Shown one piece after another: positions 1-8,866 of a stretch of 64,000 nucleotides of DNA (its first letter is position 1; every line of letters begins with the position of its first letter). The notes under the pieces are model-generated. The model ran no database searches, was not told the origin of the DNA, and saw only the letters and a list, made by a program, of their open reading frames with translations. Made by a program: the position numbers and the translations under genes. This DNA is from Verrucomicrobiota bacterium (lineage in GTDB: Bacteria; Verrucomicrobiota; Verrucomicrobiia; Limisphaerales; AAA164-E04). The DNA lies in contig CP170459.1 in assembly GCA_047947115.1 (NCBI GenBank), positions 1,408,001 through 1,472,000 on the forward strand. The letters run 5' to 3'.

Positions 1-384
1 GCCCGTTCGATCGCTGGTGAAAGCCAATGTTTTTCCATCCGGACTGAAGCGAGGTTGCATGTCCCAGGCGACGCCGGAGGTCAGGTGAATGAGGGAATCC
101 CTGTCGTCGTTTGGCATGCCTTCGATCGGCATCAGGTAAAGGTCCCCCAGCAAATCGAACGCAATCCATTTGCCATCCGGGCTGACATCGAGATTCATCC
201 AGGTCCCTTCGCGCGTGTCGATGATTTGTTCGAAATGTGGGCCCAGGCCTGAATCGACGTTCCAGGCTGTTTTTTCTTCCCGGGTGCCTTCGGTTGTTGC
301 TGTGCCGGCATCATCTGCATTTGCTGATCCGAGAGTTACCAACCCAAAAACCATGGTCACCATCCAATTGTTCCATCTGGTCAT
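1..384 (-). CDS. Secreted TolB/PD40 beta-propeller protein, probably N-terminus of an amidohydrolase-family protein (partial, runs off window)
   Basis: Not in the ORF track. Manual translation from ATG at 384: signal peptide, then GTWMNLDVSPDGKWIAFDLLGDLY and WDMQPRFSPDGKTLAFTSDR (PD40-type repeats). Frame open to position 1. Confidence 0.7.
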   Translation of the reverse strand, partial: MTRWNNWMVTMVFGLVTLGSANADDAGTATTEGTREEKTAWNVDSGLGPHFEQIIDTREGTWMNLDVSPDGKWIAFDLLGDLYLMPIEGMPNDDRDSLIHLTSGVAWDMQPRFSPDGKTLAFTSDRTG

Positions 385-446
385 GACGTCAGTTTGAACG
401 TTCGAACGATAATTGACGATACAAAATCATCAGGTAAAACATTCCC

Positions 447-1820
447 ATGATCACACGACGTCGTTTTCTCACTCGTTCGCTGGCCAGTGCCGCCGTTCTG
501 GCTGTGCCGGGTATGTCCTTTTTGAAGCTCAGCGCTCAGGATCTTCGTCGCAAGGCATTGGGTAACCGTTTTTTTGACATCGAATCTGTCGAAAGAACGA
601 CACTCAAGGTGCCTTATCGCGAGATTCCGAACCGGGCGATGAGTCGCGAATTGCCACATTGGAAGTGGACCGAAATCGTTGAGGTGCGGCTCAAGTCTGG
701 CGTCAGTGGCTTTGGGGAAACCTTGCTTTACTACACTTGGGGAGCCTCGAGTGACGAAGATGTGCAGCGTTGTCTGGGAGCGAATGCCGCCGATCTCATG
801 TGGGACGATTCGCTGGGGGCCGGATTGCAGATGGCATTGTTTGATGCGGTGGCTCGGACGCTGGAGGTTCCTCTTCATCGCTTGTTGGGGCGCCAGGTGC
901 ATGACAAGACCCCTCTGTCCTGGTGGAACATTGACACCTCGGCCGCCGACATGGCTTCCGAATGTCGGACGGCTTATGAACAGGGATACATGTCCTATAA
1001 GACCAAGGGGCGGCCTTGGTTTGATATTTACGAGCAGTTGAAACAGTCGTCGGAAGTGGTTCCCGAGGCGTTCAAGATCGATATGGATTTCAATTCCACA
1101 CTGTTGACCGCTGACAAAGGGATGAAAATCATCAAGGATCTCGAGGCATACCCGCAAGTTGACATCTACGAATCTCCCATTCCCCAATCCGATGTCGAAG
1201 GCAATCGGCGCATTCGTGAAGCAACTCGCGTGAATATTGCGCTGCATTATGGAACACCCAAGCCCCGGGTGGTGGTGGAGCAGGGTGTATGCGATGGATT
1301 TGTGGTCGGGGGCGGAGCGAGTTCCGTACTGCGCCAGGCCGCATTTTGTTCCCAGGTGGACATGCCGTTCTGGTTACAACTGGTTGGGACCGGGCTGACT
1401 GCCGCCTATTCACTGCATTTTGGCGCTGTTTCGAGCCATGCGACCTGGCCGGCTGTGAATTGTCATCAGTTATACAGTCATGATCTTCTTTCCAACCCGA
1501 TTAAAGTGCGGGAAGGATTTGCCCAGGTTCCGGACGCTCCGGGGATTGGCTTTGAGTTGGATCGGGATATGATGGAGCGGTTCCGTGTGGAAAAACCGGT
1601 TGAACGGCCCAATCCGAGACGCATGGTGGAGATCACGTGGCCAACCGGCAAGCGCATGCTGCTGGCCACTACCGAGGTCAATTTCGTGTTGAATGCTGCC
1701 AACCGAGGGGAAATTCCTTACTACGAAACGGGAGCGGACACGCGTTTGTATCCCGATAACGGATCGAGTGAATGGGCTGAACTCTACGAGAAAGCGTTGA
1801 AGGGGCCGGTGACTTTGTAG
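447..1820 (+). CDS. Tat-exported enolase-superfamily (mandelate racemase/MLE-like) protein
   Basis: N-terminal TRRRFL twin-arginine signal, GFGE capping-domain motif, YKTK (KxK), DMDFN, YESP, C-terminal PDAPGIG. Confidence 0.8.
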   Translation: MITRRRFLTRSLASAAVLAVPGMSFLKLSAQDLRRKALGNRFFDIESVERTTLKVPYREIPNRAMSRELPHWKWTEIVEVRLKSGVSGFGETLLYYTWGASSDEDVQRCLGANAADLMWDDSLGAGLQMALFDAVARTLEVPLHRLLGRQVHDKTPLSWWNIDTSAADMASECRTAYEQGYMSYKTKGRPWFDIYEQLKQSSEVVPEAFKIDMDFNSTLLTADKGMKIIKDLEAYPQVDIYESPIPQSDVEGNRRIREATRVNIALHYGTPKPRVVVEQGVCDGFVVGGGASSVLRQAAFCSQVDMPFWLQLVGTGLTAAYSLHFGAVSSHATWPAVNCHQLYSHDLLSNPIKVREGFAQVPDAPGIGFELDRDMMERFRVEKPVERPNPRRMVEITWPTGKRMLLATTEVNFVLNAANRGEIPYYETGADTRLYPDNGSSEWAELYEKALKGPVTL

Positions 1821-1867
1821 CCTCTGTAACCATCCGGGCGGGGAAACGGTTCCCTGTTGCCCATTGT

Positions 1868-2096
1868 GCGCAGATCATTCTTTAGAAAATGGAGGGACCG
1901 GTTCCACCCGGTTCCCAAATCTTCACCTAAAAGCAATCCTGATCCATTGAGGTGGAACGCGGGAAGCCATTGGTGTCCGTTTGTTTGTGGTGTATCCTTC
2001 GCCAGCAGATGGTCATGCGAATGCCCCGAGGATAGAAGTGGGCGCAAAGCGGCGTTTGCCCCTCCGGATTTGGATTTATAATTTTTGAGCTGCGCC
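1868..2096 (-). repeat. ~230-bp MITE/REPIN-like element, copy 1
   Basis: Terminal IR GCGCAGATCA...TGAGCTGCGC. Two inward-facing GGAGGG hairpins (1891-1917, 2039-2065). The reverse complement aligns by eye at both ends with 32347-32574. Confidence 0.75.
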
Positions 2097-2105
2097 CTCG
2101 CTCAT

Positions 2106-2960
2106 TTATTGTCGGCCTTGTTGCTTCAACCATTCGATGGCGTCCGGGTATTTGTCCCATGTGTCAATGATGGTGTCGGCGAGGATTTCGGCCTCTTCAA
2201 GTGAGCCCAGCGCATAATGGCTTTGTTCGGCGCCGGAGTACTTCCGGGTGCCGTTGATGAATTCTTCCATGTATTTGTTCTGTTTCCGGGCCACTTTCAA
2301 CGTTGCCGCGGCGGCGTCGAAATCCCCCTGGATAAAGTGGAACAGCACCTTGCCCCAGGAAAAACAGCATTCCCCCCCGACTTCGTCAAATCGTTCGAAA
2401 AGCGCTTCCGCTTTTTGGAGCATGCGTTCGGTCAGGTAGCACATGAGTAAAGGGTGACGGACCGCCTGGTTGTCGTTGGGATTCAGGCGAAGCATGTCTT
2501 CCCACTCCTTAATGGCCTTCTTGTAGTGGTTCTGCAAAAAATATTCATCAGCCAGTGCGAAGCATACGCGCATGTAGGGTCGGGTTTCATGGATCAACCA
2601 GAAGTGGCCAATGCCGTCCTTGAAAAGGGCATTCCCCAGTTTCTTGCGAGCAATTTTCTTGAGGCGTTGGAGGATGGGGATCAGGTGTTGATCTTCCAGG
2701 AAAGATTGATCGAGGAATTCAAGATGGATATCCACATTGGCGGGATCGCATTCCAGGGCTTCCAGCAGGAGTTCAATGGTTTCATCGGGATCTTCGTTTT
2801 CGTAGGCCTGATCCAGCATGTCCAGGGCCTTCATTTCCTCTTCCGGGCTGACGTTCTGGTAGTTCTCCAGAATGTCGTCCAGCATTTGAATGACCGATTC
2901 GCCGGGGTCCGCGAATGGGCTGTCCATTCCATCGAAGTCATTATTGGGGCCAATACTCAT
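2106..2960 (-). CDS. Tetratricopeptide-repeat protein
   Basis: Helical repeats; ETRPYMR and LRLNPNDNQAVR motifs typical of a widespread uncharacterised TPR family. Confidence 0.75.
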   Translation of the reverse strand: MSIGPNNDFDGMDSPFADPGESVIQMLDDILENYQNVSPEEEMKALDMLDQAYENEDPDETIELLLEALECDPANVDIHLEFLDQSFLEDQHLIPILQRLKKIARKKLGNALFKDGIGHFWLIHETRPYMRVCFALADEYFLQNHYKKAIKEWEDMLRLNPNDNQAVRHPLLMCYLTERMLQKAEALFERFDEVGGECCFSWGKVLFHFIQGDFDAAAATLKVARKQNKYMEEFINGTRKYSGAEQSHYALGSLEEAEILADTIIDTWDKYPDAIEWLKQQGRQ

Positions 2961-3064
2961 AAGGTTGTTGATCGTTGATTGATCTTCTGGAATGGATCAA
3001 ACGGATTTCCAACCCATATTGCAAGGGTGTAGTGCGGGTGTCGTGCGATACAGGATGTTGGTCG

Positions 3065-3178
3065 CCCTCTGGTAGGGCTGAGCTGCTGCTCGGCCGCCAA
3101 CGGATTCGAATCACACCATAAGCATTCCCAAATCTTTTGTGCGCTCGCGGACCTGCGGCAGCAGGTCCCTACCGAGGG
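3065..3178. repeat. Inverted pair of GTAG-type REP palindromes (REPIN-like)
   Basis: GGTAGGGCTGAGC-TGCT-GCTCGGCCG at 3071-3096 (+) and GGTAGGGACCTGC-TGCC-GCAGGTCCG at 3148-3173 (-). Confidence 0.7.
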
Positions 3179-3246
3179 TATGCTCGACAGCGTGTCTATG
3201 CAAAATCACACTTTAAGCCGATTGCGAGATGTTATAGTGTTGCCGC

Positions 3247-4695
3247 ATGTCCATTTTTTTTCGATGCATTCCTTGGGTGGTATTGTTGACATCTGTGATG
3301 TCGCCTTTGCTGACAATTGCTTCCGAGAAGCAACCGCATATCGTGTTCATTCTGGTGGATGACATGGGGTATGGCGACTTGAAGTGTTACAACCACAATT
3401 CCAAAATTCTTACCCCGCACATGAACCGTTTGGCGGATGAGGGGATGCGTTTTACGGATGCGCATGCCTCTGGGCCTCTGTGTCATGTGTCGCGATACGG
3501 GTTGATGACAGGGCAGTATCCTTTCCGTGCAAACCCCAACGCCTGGCGCCAACGCGGGACGATTGATGCCGGGCGGGTAACGCTTCCATCTTTTCTTAAA
3601 TCAAACGGCTATCGCACTGCCATGGTGGGTAAATGGCATCTTGGCTTTGATGAAAACGGTTATGATAAACCACTGCCCGGCGGTCCGGTGGATCGAGGAT
3701 TCGATTCGTATTTTGGGATTCGAGCTTCCACGGACATTCCTCCCTATTTTTACATTCGCGATCATCGGGCAGTGGTGCCTCCGACCAGCCGCATCGAGGC
3801 CAACAACAGTGAGGGATGGTCACCGATTCAGGGTGCTTTTTGGAGAGAGGGTGGCATTGCTCCGGGATTGGAGCTCAAGGATGTGTTGCCGAAGTTCACC
3901 GATGAAGCCGTTCGCACGATTGAGTCGCACGCTTCGGTTCAGCATGAGAAACCCCTGTTCCTGTATTTGGCTTATCCTGCCCCTCACACTCCCTGGTTGC
4001 CTTCGAAGGAGTTTCAGGGGAAGAGTGAGGTCGGAATGTACGGGGATTTTACCATGATGGTGGATGCCATGGTGGGACGTGTGTTGAAGGCTTTGGATGA
4101 TACGGGCATGGCTGGAGAGACCATGGTCGTTCTCAGTTCGGATAACGGTCCGGTCTGGTATGGGGAAGACACCCGGAGATTCGGTCACGATTCCTGTGGA
4201 GGCTTGCGTGGCATGAAAGCGGATGCGTGGGAGGCTGGGCATCGCATGCCGTTCGTCGTGCGATGGCCGGGCAAGGTGCGGCCCGGTTCTCAAAGTCAAC
4301 AAACGATCAGTTTCGTGGATATGTTGCCTACGGCAGCGGAGCTTGTCGGCAAAGAGTTGCCGAATGGAGCCGGTCCAGATGGGGTCAGTTTTTTCAAGGT
4401 CTTGACCGGGCAACAGCCCGAGGGTGTTGCGATCAGGGATTCGTTGGTGGTTCCTTCGGGCAACGGAACTTTGACCCTTCGCAAAGGCCCCTGGAAATTG
4501 ATCAAAGGGCTCGGATCGGGTGGTTTCACGAAGCCCGCCAGAGTGCAGTCCAAGCCCGGTGAACCTGCCGGACAGTTATATCATCTGGACCAGGATTTGT
4601 CTGAGAGCAACAATCTTTATCTGCAGCATCCGGACGTTGTCAAAGAAATGGAAGCCATGCTCGAGCAGATCGTATCAGGTCCCGACAACATTTAG
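3247..4695 (+). CDS. Arylsulfatase (formylglycine-dependent S1 sulfatase), secreted
   Basis: Signal peptide, PHIVFILVDDMGYGD, LCHVSRYGLMTG, GKWHLG, PHTP, SSDNG. Confidence 0.9.
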   Translation: MSIFFRCIPWVVLLTSVMSPLLTIASEKQPHIVFILVDDMGYGDLKCYNHNSKILTPHMNRLADEGMRFTDAHASGPLCHVSRYGLMTGQYPFRANPNAWRQRGTIDAGRVTLPSFLKSNGYRTAMVGKWHLGFDENGYDKPLPGGPVDRGFDSYFGIRASTDIPPYFYIRDHRAVVPPTSRIEANNSEGWSPIQGAFWREGGIAPGLELKDVLPKFTDEAVRTIESHASVQHEKPLFLYLAYPAPHTPWLPSKEFQGKSEVGMYGDFTMMVDAMVGRVLKALDDTGMAGETMVVLSSDNGPVWYGEDTRRFGHDSCGGLRGMKADAWEAGHRMPFVVRWPGKVRPGSQSQQTISFVDMLPTAAELVGKELPNGAGPDGVSFFKVLTGQQPEGVAIRDSLVVPSGNGTLTLRKGPWKLIKGLGSGGFTKPARVQSKPGEPAGQLYHLDQDLSESNNLYLQHPDVVKEMEAMLEQIVSGPDNI

Positions 4696-5054
4696 TCTGC
4701 TGATTCTCTGTCTCTCATAATCTTCACTCCGACATAGCTTGTGTTGGGGAGAATGAATTTTTTGATTTCGATTTGCACTCCGGCGATTGAATATCGGTCC
4801 AGAATCCAGTCGGCAATGTTCGAAGCCAGGGTTTCGATGAGTTTCCATTCCCGTGCCTGTCCCCATTGGATGAGTGATCGGGTCAGTTCACCGTAATCGA
4901 CCGTATGTTGGACATCATCAGTCCGGGCCGCTTCCTTGAAATCCGTGAAGAGGCGAATCGTGATCAACAGTTTCTGAGGGTTGGCTCTTTCGGCATCGGG
5001 GACTCCAATACAAAAGGATGCTTCCAGGTCATTGATTTCGATGATGTCGTTCAT
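4692..5054 (-). CDS. folB: Dihydroneopterin aldolase
   Basis: IGVPDAER..PQ, TVDYG, LIETLA, IKKF motifs; 120 aa. Start ATG overlaps the upstream TGA (ATGA). Confidence 0.9.
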   Translation of the reverse strand: MNDIIEINDLEASFCIGVPDAERANPQKLLITIRLFTDFKEAARTDDVQHTVDYGELTRSLIQWGQAREWKLIETLASNIADWILDRYSIAGVQIEIKKFILPNTSYVGVKIMRDRESAD

Positions 5055-6145
5055 GGTTTTTGACAGGAATGGTTTCGGAGGACTTCTTCGATGAGTATGC
5101 GTGTGGGTTGGTTCAGTTCCATGTTCAAAGCCTCGGCAGGCTTGATCCAACGAAAGGATTGTGCCTCGTCATTGAGTGTGACTTCCGGTGGTTCGTTCAG
5201 GCATTGGCAAGTGTAGTTCATCAGCAGGAAGTGGGCGTCTTTGTAGAACTCCTTCGGTGATATGGCGTCCTGGACCATGATGAATTCGATGGAACCGACG
5301 GTTAAGGCGGTTTCTTCCATGATCTCGCGATGGAGTGCATCTTCGGAAGATTCTCCGGTATGAATTTTTCCCCCGGGAATGCCCCATTTGTCCGACCACT
5401 TTTGGGTGCGGATCATCAGGACTTCGCCCGCTTGATTATAAATCAAGGCGCCCACTGTGGGGATTGGGTAGGGGGAATCCGACAGGGAATTTGCGGATCT
5501 CGCAGATTCAAGCGGATTCATTCGGGTTTTTTCCATCAAGGATTTGAGTTCCCCTAGGTGTTCGACGATCAATTCGGGACGGCTGGCCTGGAGCGCCTTC
5601 AGTCCTTTGAAACCGGTCAAGACCGCACAGGCAGCGACACCGCCGTGGTGAGCGGTTTCGATGTCGTGTTCCATGTCACCGATGTAGAGTGTTTCCTCGG
5701 GTTTCAGCTCGTGTTCTTTGATGATTTCATGGATCTTTTTGCGTTTGTCCCATACGCCGGTGTAGGATTGTTCAAAGTAATCTCCAAACCCTGACAGTTC
5801 GGTATGTACCTCGAAGTGTTGAGGGTGAATGGCGCTCAAGACAAAAGAGCGGATATCCCGTTCGCGGCAAAATGAAAGGAATGACTTCGAATGCGTCATG
5901 GGGCGGACGGTGTGCTGTTCCGCAGAGAATGCTTCGTGAAACCATCGTTCGAGCTGTTCGATGGGGACATGGGGAACGTAGCGGTCATAAAACCCCGTGA
6001 ATGGCAGTTCGAATTCGTCTCTGAACGCTTCCAGTGACAGGGCCGGAACGTTCGCTTTTTCGAATACCTTGCACGTGGCGCGCCACACTGCCGGAAGATC
6101 ATCCATCAGGGTGCCACACCAATCGAATATGATATTTTTGATCAC
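5051..6145 (-). CDS. HAD-family hydrolase / Nudix hydrolase fusion
   Basis: N-terminal IIFDWCGTL and YIGDMEHD (HAD); C-terminal Nudix box PGGKIHTGESSEDALHREIMEETAL. GTG start at 6145 inferred. Confidence 0.85.
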   Translation of the reverse strand: MIKNIIFDWCGTLMDDLPAVWRATCKVFEKANVPALSLEAFRDEFELPFTGFYDRYVPHVPIEQLERWFHEAFSAEQHTVRPMTHSKSFLSFCRERDIRSFVLSAIHPQHFEVHTELSGFGDYFEQSYTGVWDKRKKIHEIIKEHELKPEETLYIGDMEHDIETAHHGGVAACAVLTGFKGLKALQASRPELIVEHLGELKSLMEKTRMNPLESARSANSLSDSPYPIPTVGALIYNQAGEVLMIRTQKWSDKWGIPGGKIHTGESSEDALHREIMEETALTVGSIEFIMVQDAISPKEFYKDAHFLLMNYTCQCLNEPPEVTLNDEAQSFRWIKPAEALNMELNQPTRILIEEVLRNHSCQKP

Positions 6146-6252
6146 CGCCGTGGAGTCTAAGGCAGGATTTGTTAAAATCAAATGATGAAGCATCGGGTGG
6201 ATATTTGGTTTCCTTGGCGGAAAAAAAGCTTCAACATGGGGAGGAAGTTATC

Positions 6253-7587
6253 ATGAATGGCAAATTTGGATTGGAACTGGCGATTATCTGCCTGTTGATT
6301 TTGGCGAACGGCTTGTTCGCCATGGCTGAAATGGCCATTGTGTCCGCACGCAAATCGAGATTGCGTCGATGGGCTCGCGACGGTGTCAAGGGGGCTCAAA
6401 CCGCCCTGGATCTGGCGGCGTCTCCCAATCGGTTTCTTTCCACCGTGCAGTTTGGGATTACCTTGATCGGTATTCTGGCGGGAGCTTTTGGTGGTGCAAC
6501 GATTGCCACGACTGTCTCCGGATGGGTCGAGCAAAGCCCTCAGCTGGCTCCTTATGCAGACAAGATTGGATTCGGTATCGTGGTGGTGTTCATCACGCTG
6601 GCCTCACTGATTTTTGGGGAAATACTGCCCAAGCGCATGGCCCTGGCCCAGGGAGAAAAGATTGCCTCGACCCTGGCCCCCATGATGCACGGGTTATCCA
6701 TCATAGCTTCGCCGTTCGTGAGCTTTGTGGGGTGGGTGATCGAGATCACGTTGAAACTTTTGGGTGTCGAGACACATCAAGACAGCTCGGTCAGTGAGGA
6801 AGATATTCGCGTGATGGTGGAGCAGGGATCTCATGCCGGGACCTTTCACAAAGCGGAAATCGAACTGGTGGCCAGTGTCATGCGACTGGACGAAACGCGG
6901 ATCGTCGATATCATGCTGCCTTGTGCCCAGATGGTTTGTCTGGAAACAACGGATCGTGGGCAGGTTCTCAACGAAAAGATTGCCAAGGCAGGCCGCTCCT
7001 ACTTTCCACTCAAGGATGCTTCCAACGGTCAAATACTTGGTCTGATTTCCCTGCGCAATTTATGGGCTCGGTATAGCGGAACAGCACCGGAAGAAATTGA
7101 TCTTAAGGCAGTGGTCAGTACTCCGTTGATCGTGCCCGAGTCCACGCATGTGGTGAAACTTCTTGAAGCGTTCAAGCGATCGGTCTGGCATGCGGCTTTG
7201 GTGGCGGATGAGTATGGGGAGATCACCGGGATGGTGTCGATTTTGGATGTGATGGAAGCGATTGCCGGGGATTTCTCGCACCTCCAGGAAGAGACATTCA
7301 CGCGACCCAAACAACTCAAGGACGGGGCTTGGCTGGCAGACGGACTGACGGATGTGGAAGATGTCGTCCGGTGCATTTCTCCGGACCGTCCCTTGCCCGT
7401 TCCTCCGGGTAAATATCATACCATTGGAGGCATGGTGGTGACTGTTTTGGGAAGGATTCCGGAGGAGGGAGATCGCATTCCCTGGGAAGACTTCTGGATT
7501 GAAGTGGTCGACATGGATCGAAATCGAATCGATAAACTCAGAATTACCAGAGGCTCGAATGGGTCCGGTGAGGGACATGTGTCCTGA
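6253..7587 (+). CDS. Hemolysin-family (CNNM/DUF21-CBS-CorC) membrane protein
   Basis: NGLFAMAEMAIVSAR, GEILPK, DEYGEITG, VVDMDRNRIDK. RBS GAGGA before ATG 6253. Confidence 0.9.
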   Translation: MNGKFGLELAIICLLILANGLFAMAEMAIVSARKSRLRRWARDGVKGAQTALDLAASPNRFLSTVQFGITLIGILAGAFGGATIATTVSGWVEQSPQLAPYADKIGFGIVVVFITLASLIFGEILPKRMALAQGEKIASTLAPMMHGLSIIASPFVSFVGWVIEITLKLLGVETHQDSSVSEEDIRVMVEQGSHAGTFHKAEIELVASVMRLDETRIVDIMLPCAQMVCLETTDRGQVLNEKIAKAGRSYFPLKDASNGQILGLISLRNLWARYSGTAPEEIDLKAVVSTPLIVPESTHVVKLLEAFKRSVWHAALVADEYGEITGMVSILDVMEAIAGDFSHLQEETFTRPKQLKDGAWLADGLTDVEDVVRCISPDRPLPVPPGKYHTIGGMVVTVLGRIPEEGDRIPWEDFWIEVVDMDRNRIDKLRITRGSNGSGEGHVS

Positions 7588-7630
7588 GGGGAAAGAGGCA
7601 ACCTCACCCAGACTTTGACCTGAGTAAACT

Positions 7631-8854
7631 ATGCCGAAATCAATCAACATCCACTGTGAATCACAGTTGAAGGAGATCCGTTCCCAAGGATTGTATCGAC
7701 AACAACGCACGGTGGAGACGGCGCAGTCGGCCTTGATCCGAATGGACGGATCGGTCGTTCACAATTTTTCGTCGAACGATTATCTCGGTCTGGCCAACGA
7801 TCCTCTGATGAAGGATTGCCTTCGAAAAGCTGTCGAATCCTACGGTGTGGGATCGGGAGCCTCGCCTCTGATTTCTGGTGCTCTGCAGCCCTTGCATGAT
7901 CTGCAACGGGACATCGCCGTGTTGAAGGGCACCGAGTCGGCGCTGGTTTTTAGCACCGGATATGCAACCGCCACCGGAACCCTTTCCGCACTTTTTGGAC
8001 GAAACGATATTCTGATACTCGACAAACTCAGTCATGCGTGTCTGGTGGACGGAGCCAAGATGAGCCAGGCTAAATTGCGCATTTGCCGTCACAACGATGT
8101 GAAAGATTTGGAAAAACTACTGCAATGGGCATCCGTAGAAATGAGCCGTCGAGCTGAAAATGAACGTGGTCACATCTGTGTTGTTTTGGAAAGTGTTTAT
8201 TCCATGGATGGAGATTTGGCTCCGCTTGAGGCCTGTGTCCGTTTGAAAGAGCTATACGGAGCCTGGTTGATGGTGGACGAAGCTCATGCCACTGGAGTGT
8301 TGGGGCAACGCGGTGAAGGATTGGTCGGTTCGTTAGGATTGAGTGAGCGTGTTGAAATTCAGATGGGGACTTTAGGTAAAGCCCTTGGTTGCTCGGGTGG
8401 ATTTATCGCCGGTTCAAAACCGTTGATCGATTTGTTGATCAACAAAGCCAGATCCCTCATTTTCTCGACGGCCCCCTCTCCGTCAATATTGGCGACGGCA
8501 AGAAGCGGGATTGAGATAGGTCGTTCCACAGAAGGGCAAACTCGACGGAAATGCCTGTTCGGTCTTGTGGATGCATTTTGGGATGAAGTTCCGCCGGCAT
8601 GGCGTGATCACATTGGGCAAGGGAGCAAGCCCGTTACGCCCATTATCCCCTGGCATGTGGGAGATGCTGTTGTTGCGGTGCGTTTATCCGACGAGTTGAA
8701 AGGTGAGGGGTATTTTGTGCCCGCCATACGCTTCCCCACCGTCTCACGGAACAGCGCTCGGCTTCGAATCACTTTAACCGCGTCTCATACGGTGGAGTCC
8801 GTTCGTCATCTGGCTCGCGTGGTGGTCAAATGCCATGGCAAATTGAAACAATGA
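7631..8854 (+). CDS. bioF: 8-amino-7-oxononanoate synthase
   Basis: FSSNDYLGL, SMDGD, VDEAHATG, GTLGKALG, AIRFPTV. Confidence 0.92.
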   Translation: MPKSINIHCESQLKEIRSQGLYRQQRTVETAQSALIRMDGSVVHNFSSNDYLGLANDPLMKDCLRKAVESYGVGSGASPLISGALQPLHDLQRDIAVLKGTESALVFSTGYATATGTLSALFGRNDILILDKLSHACLVDGAKMSQAKLRICRHNDVKDLEKLLQWASVEMSRRAENERGHICVVLESVYSMDGDLAPLEACVRLKELYGAWLMVDEAHATGVLGQRGEGLVGSLGLSERVEIQMGTLGKALGCSGGFIAGSKPLIDLLINKARSLIFSTAPSPSILATARSGIEIGRSTEGQTRRKCLFGLVDAFWDEVPPAWRDHIGQGSKPVTPIIPWHVGDAVVAVRLSDELKGEGYFVPAIRFPTVSRNSARLRITLTASHTVESVRHLARVVVKCHGKLKQ

Positions 8855-8866
8855 ACTAATCAAATC

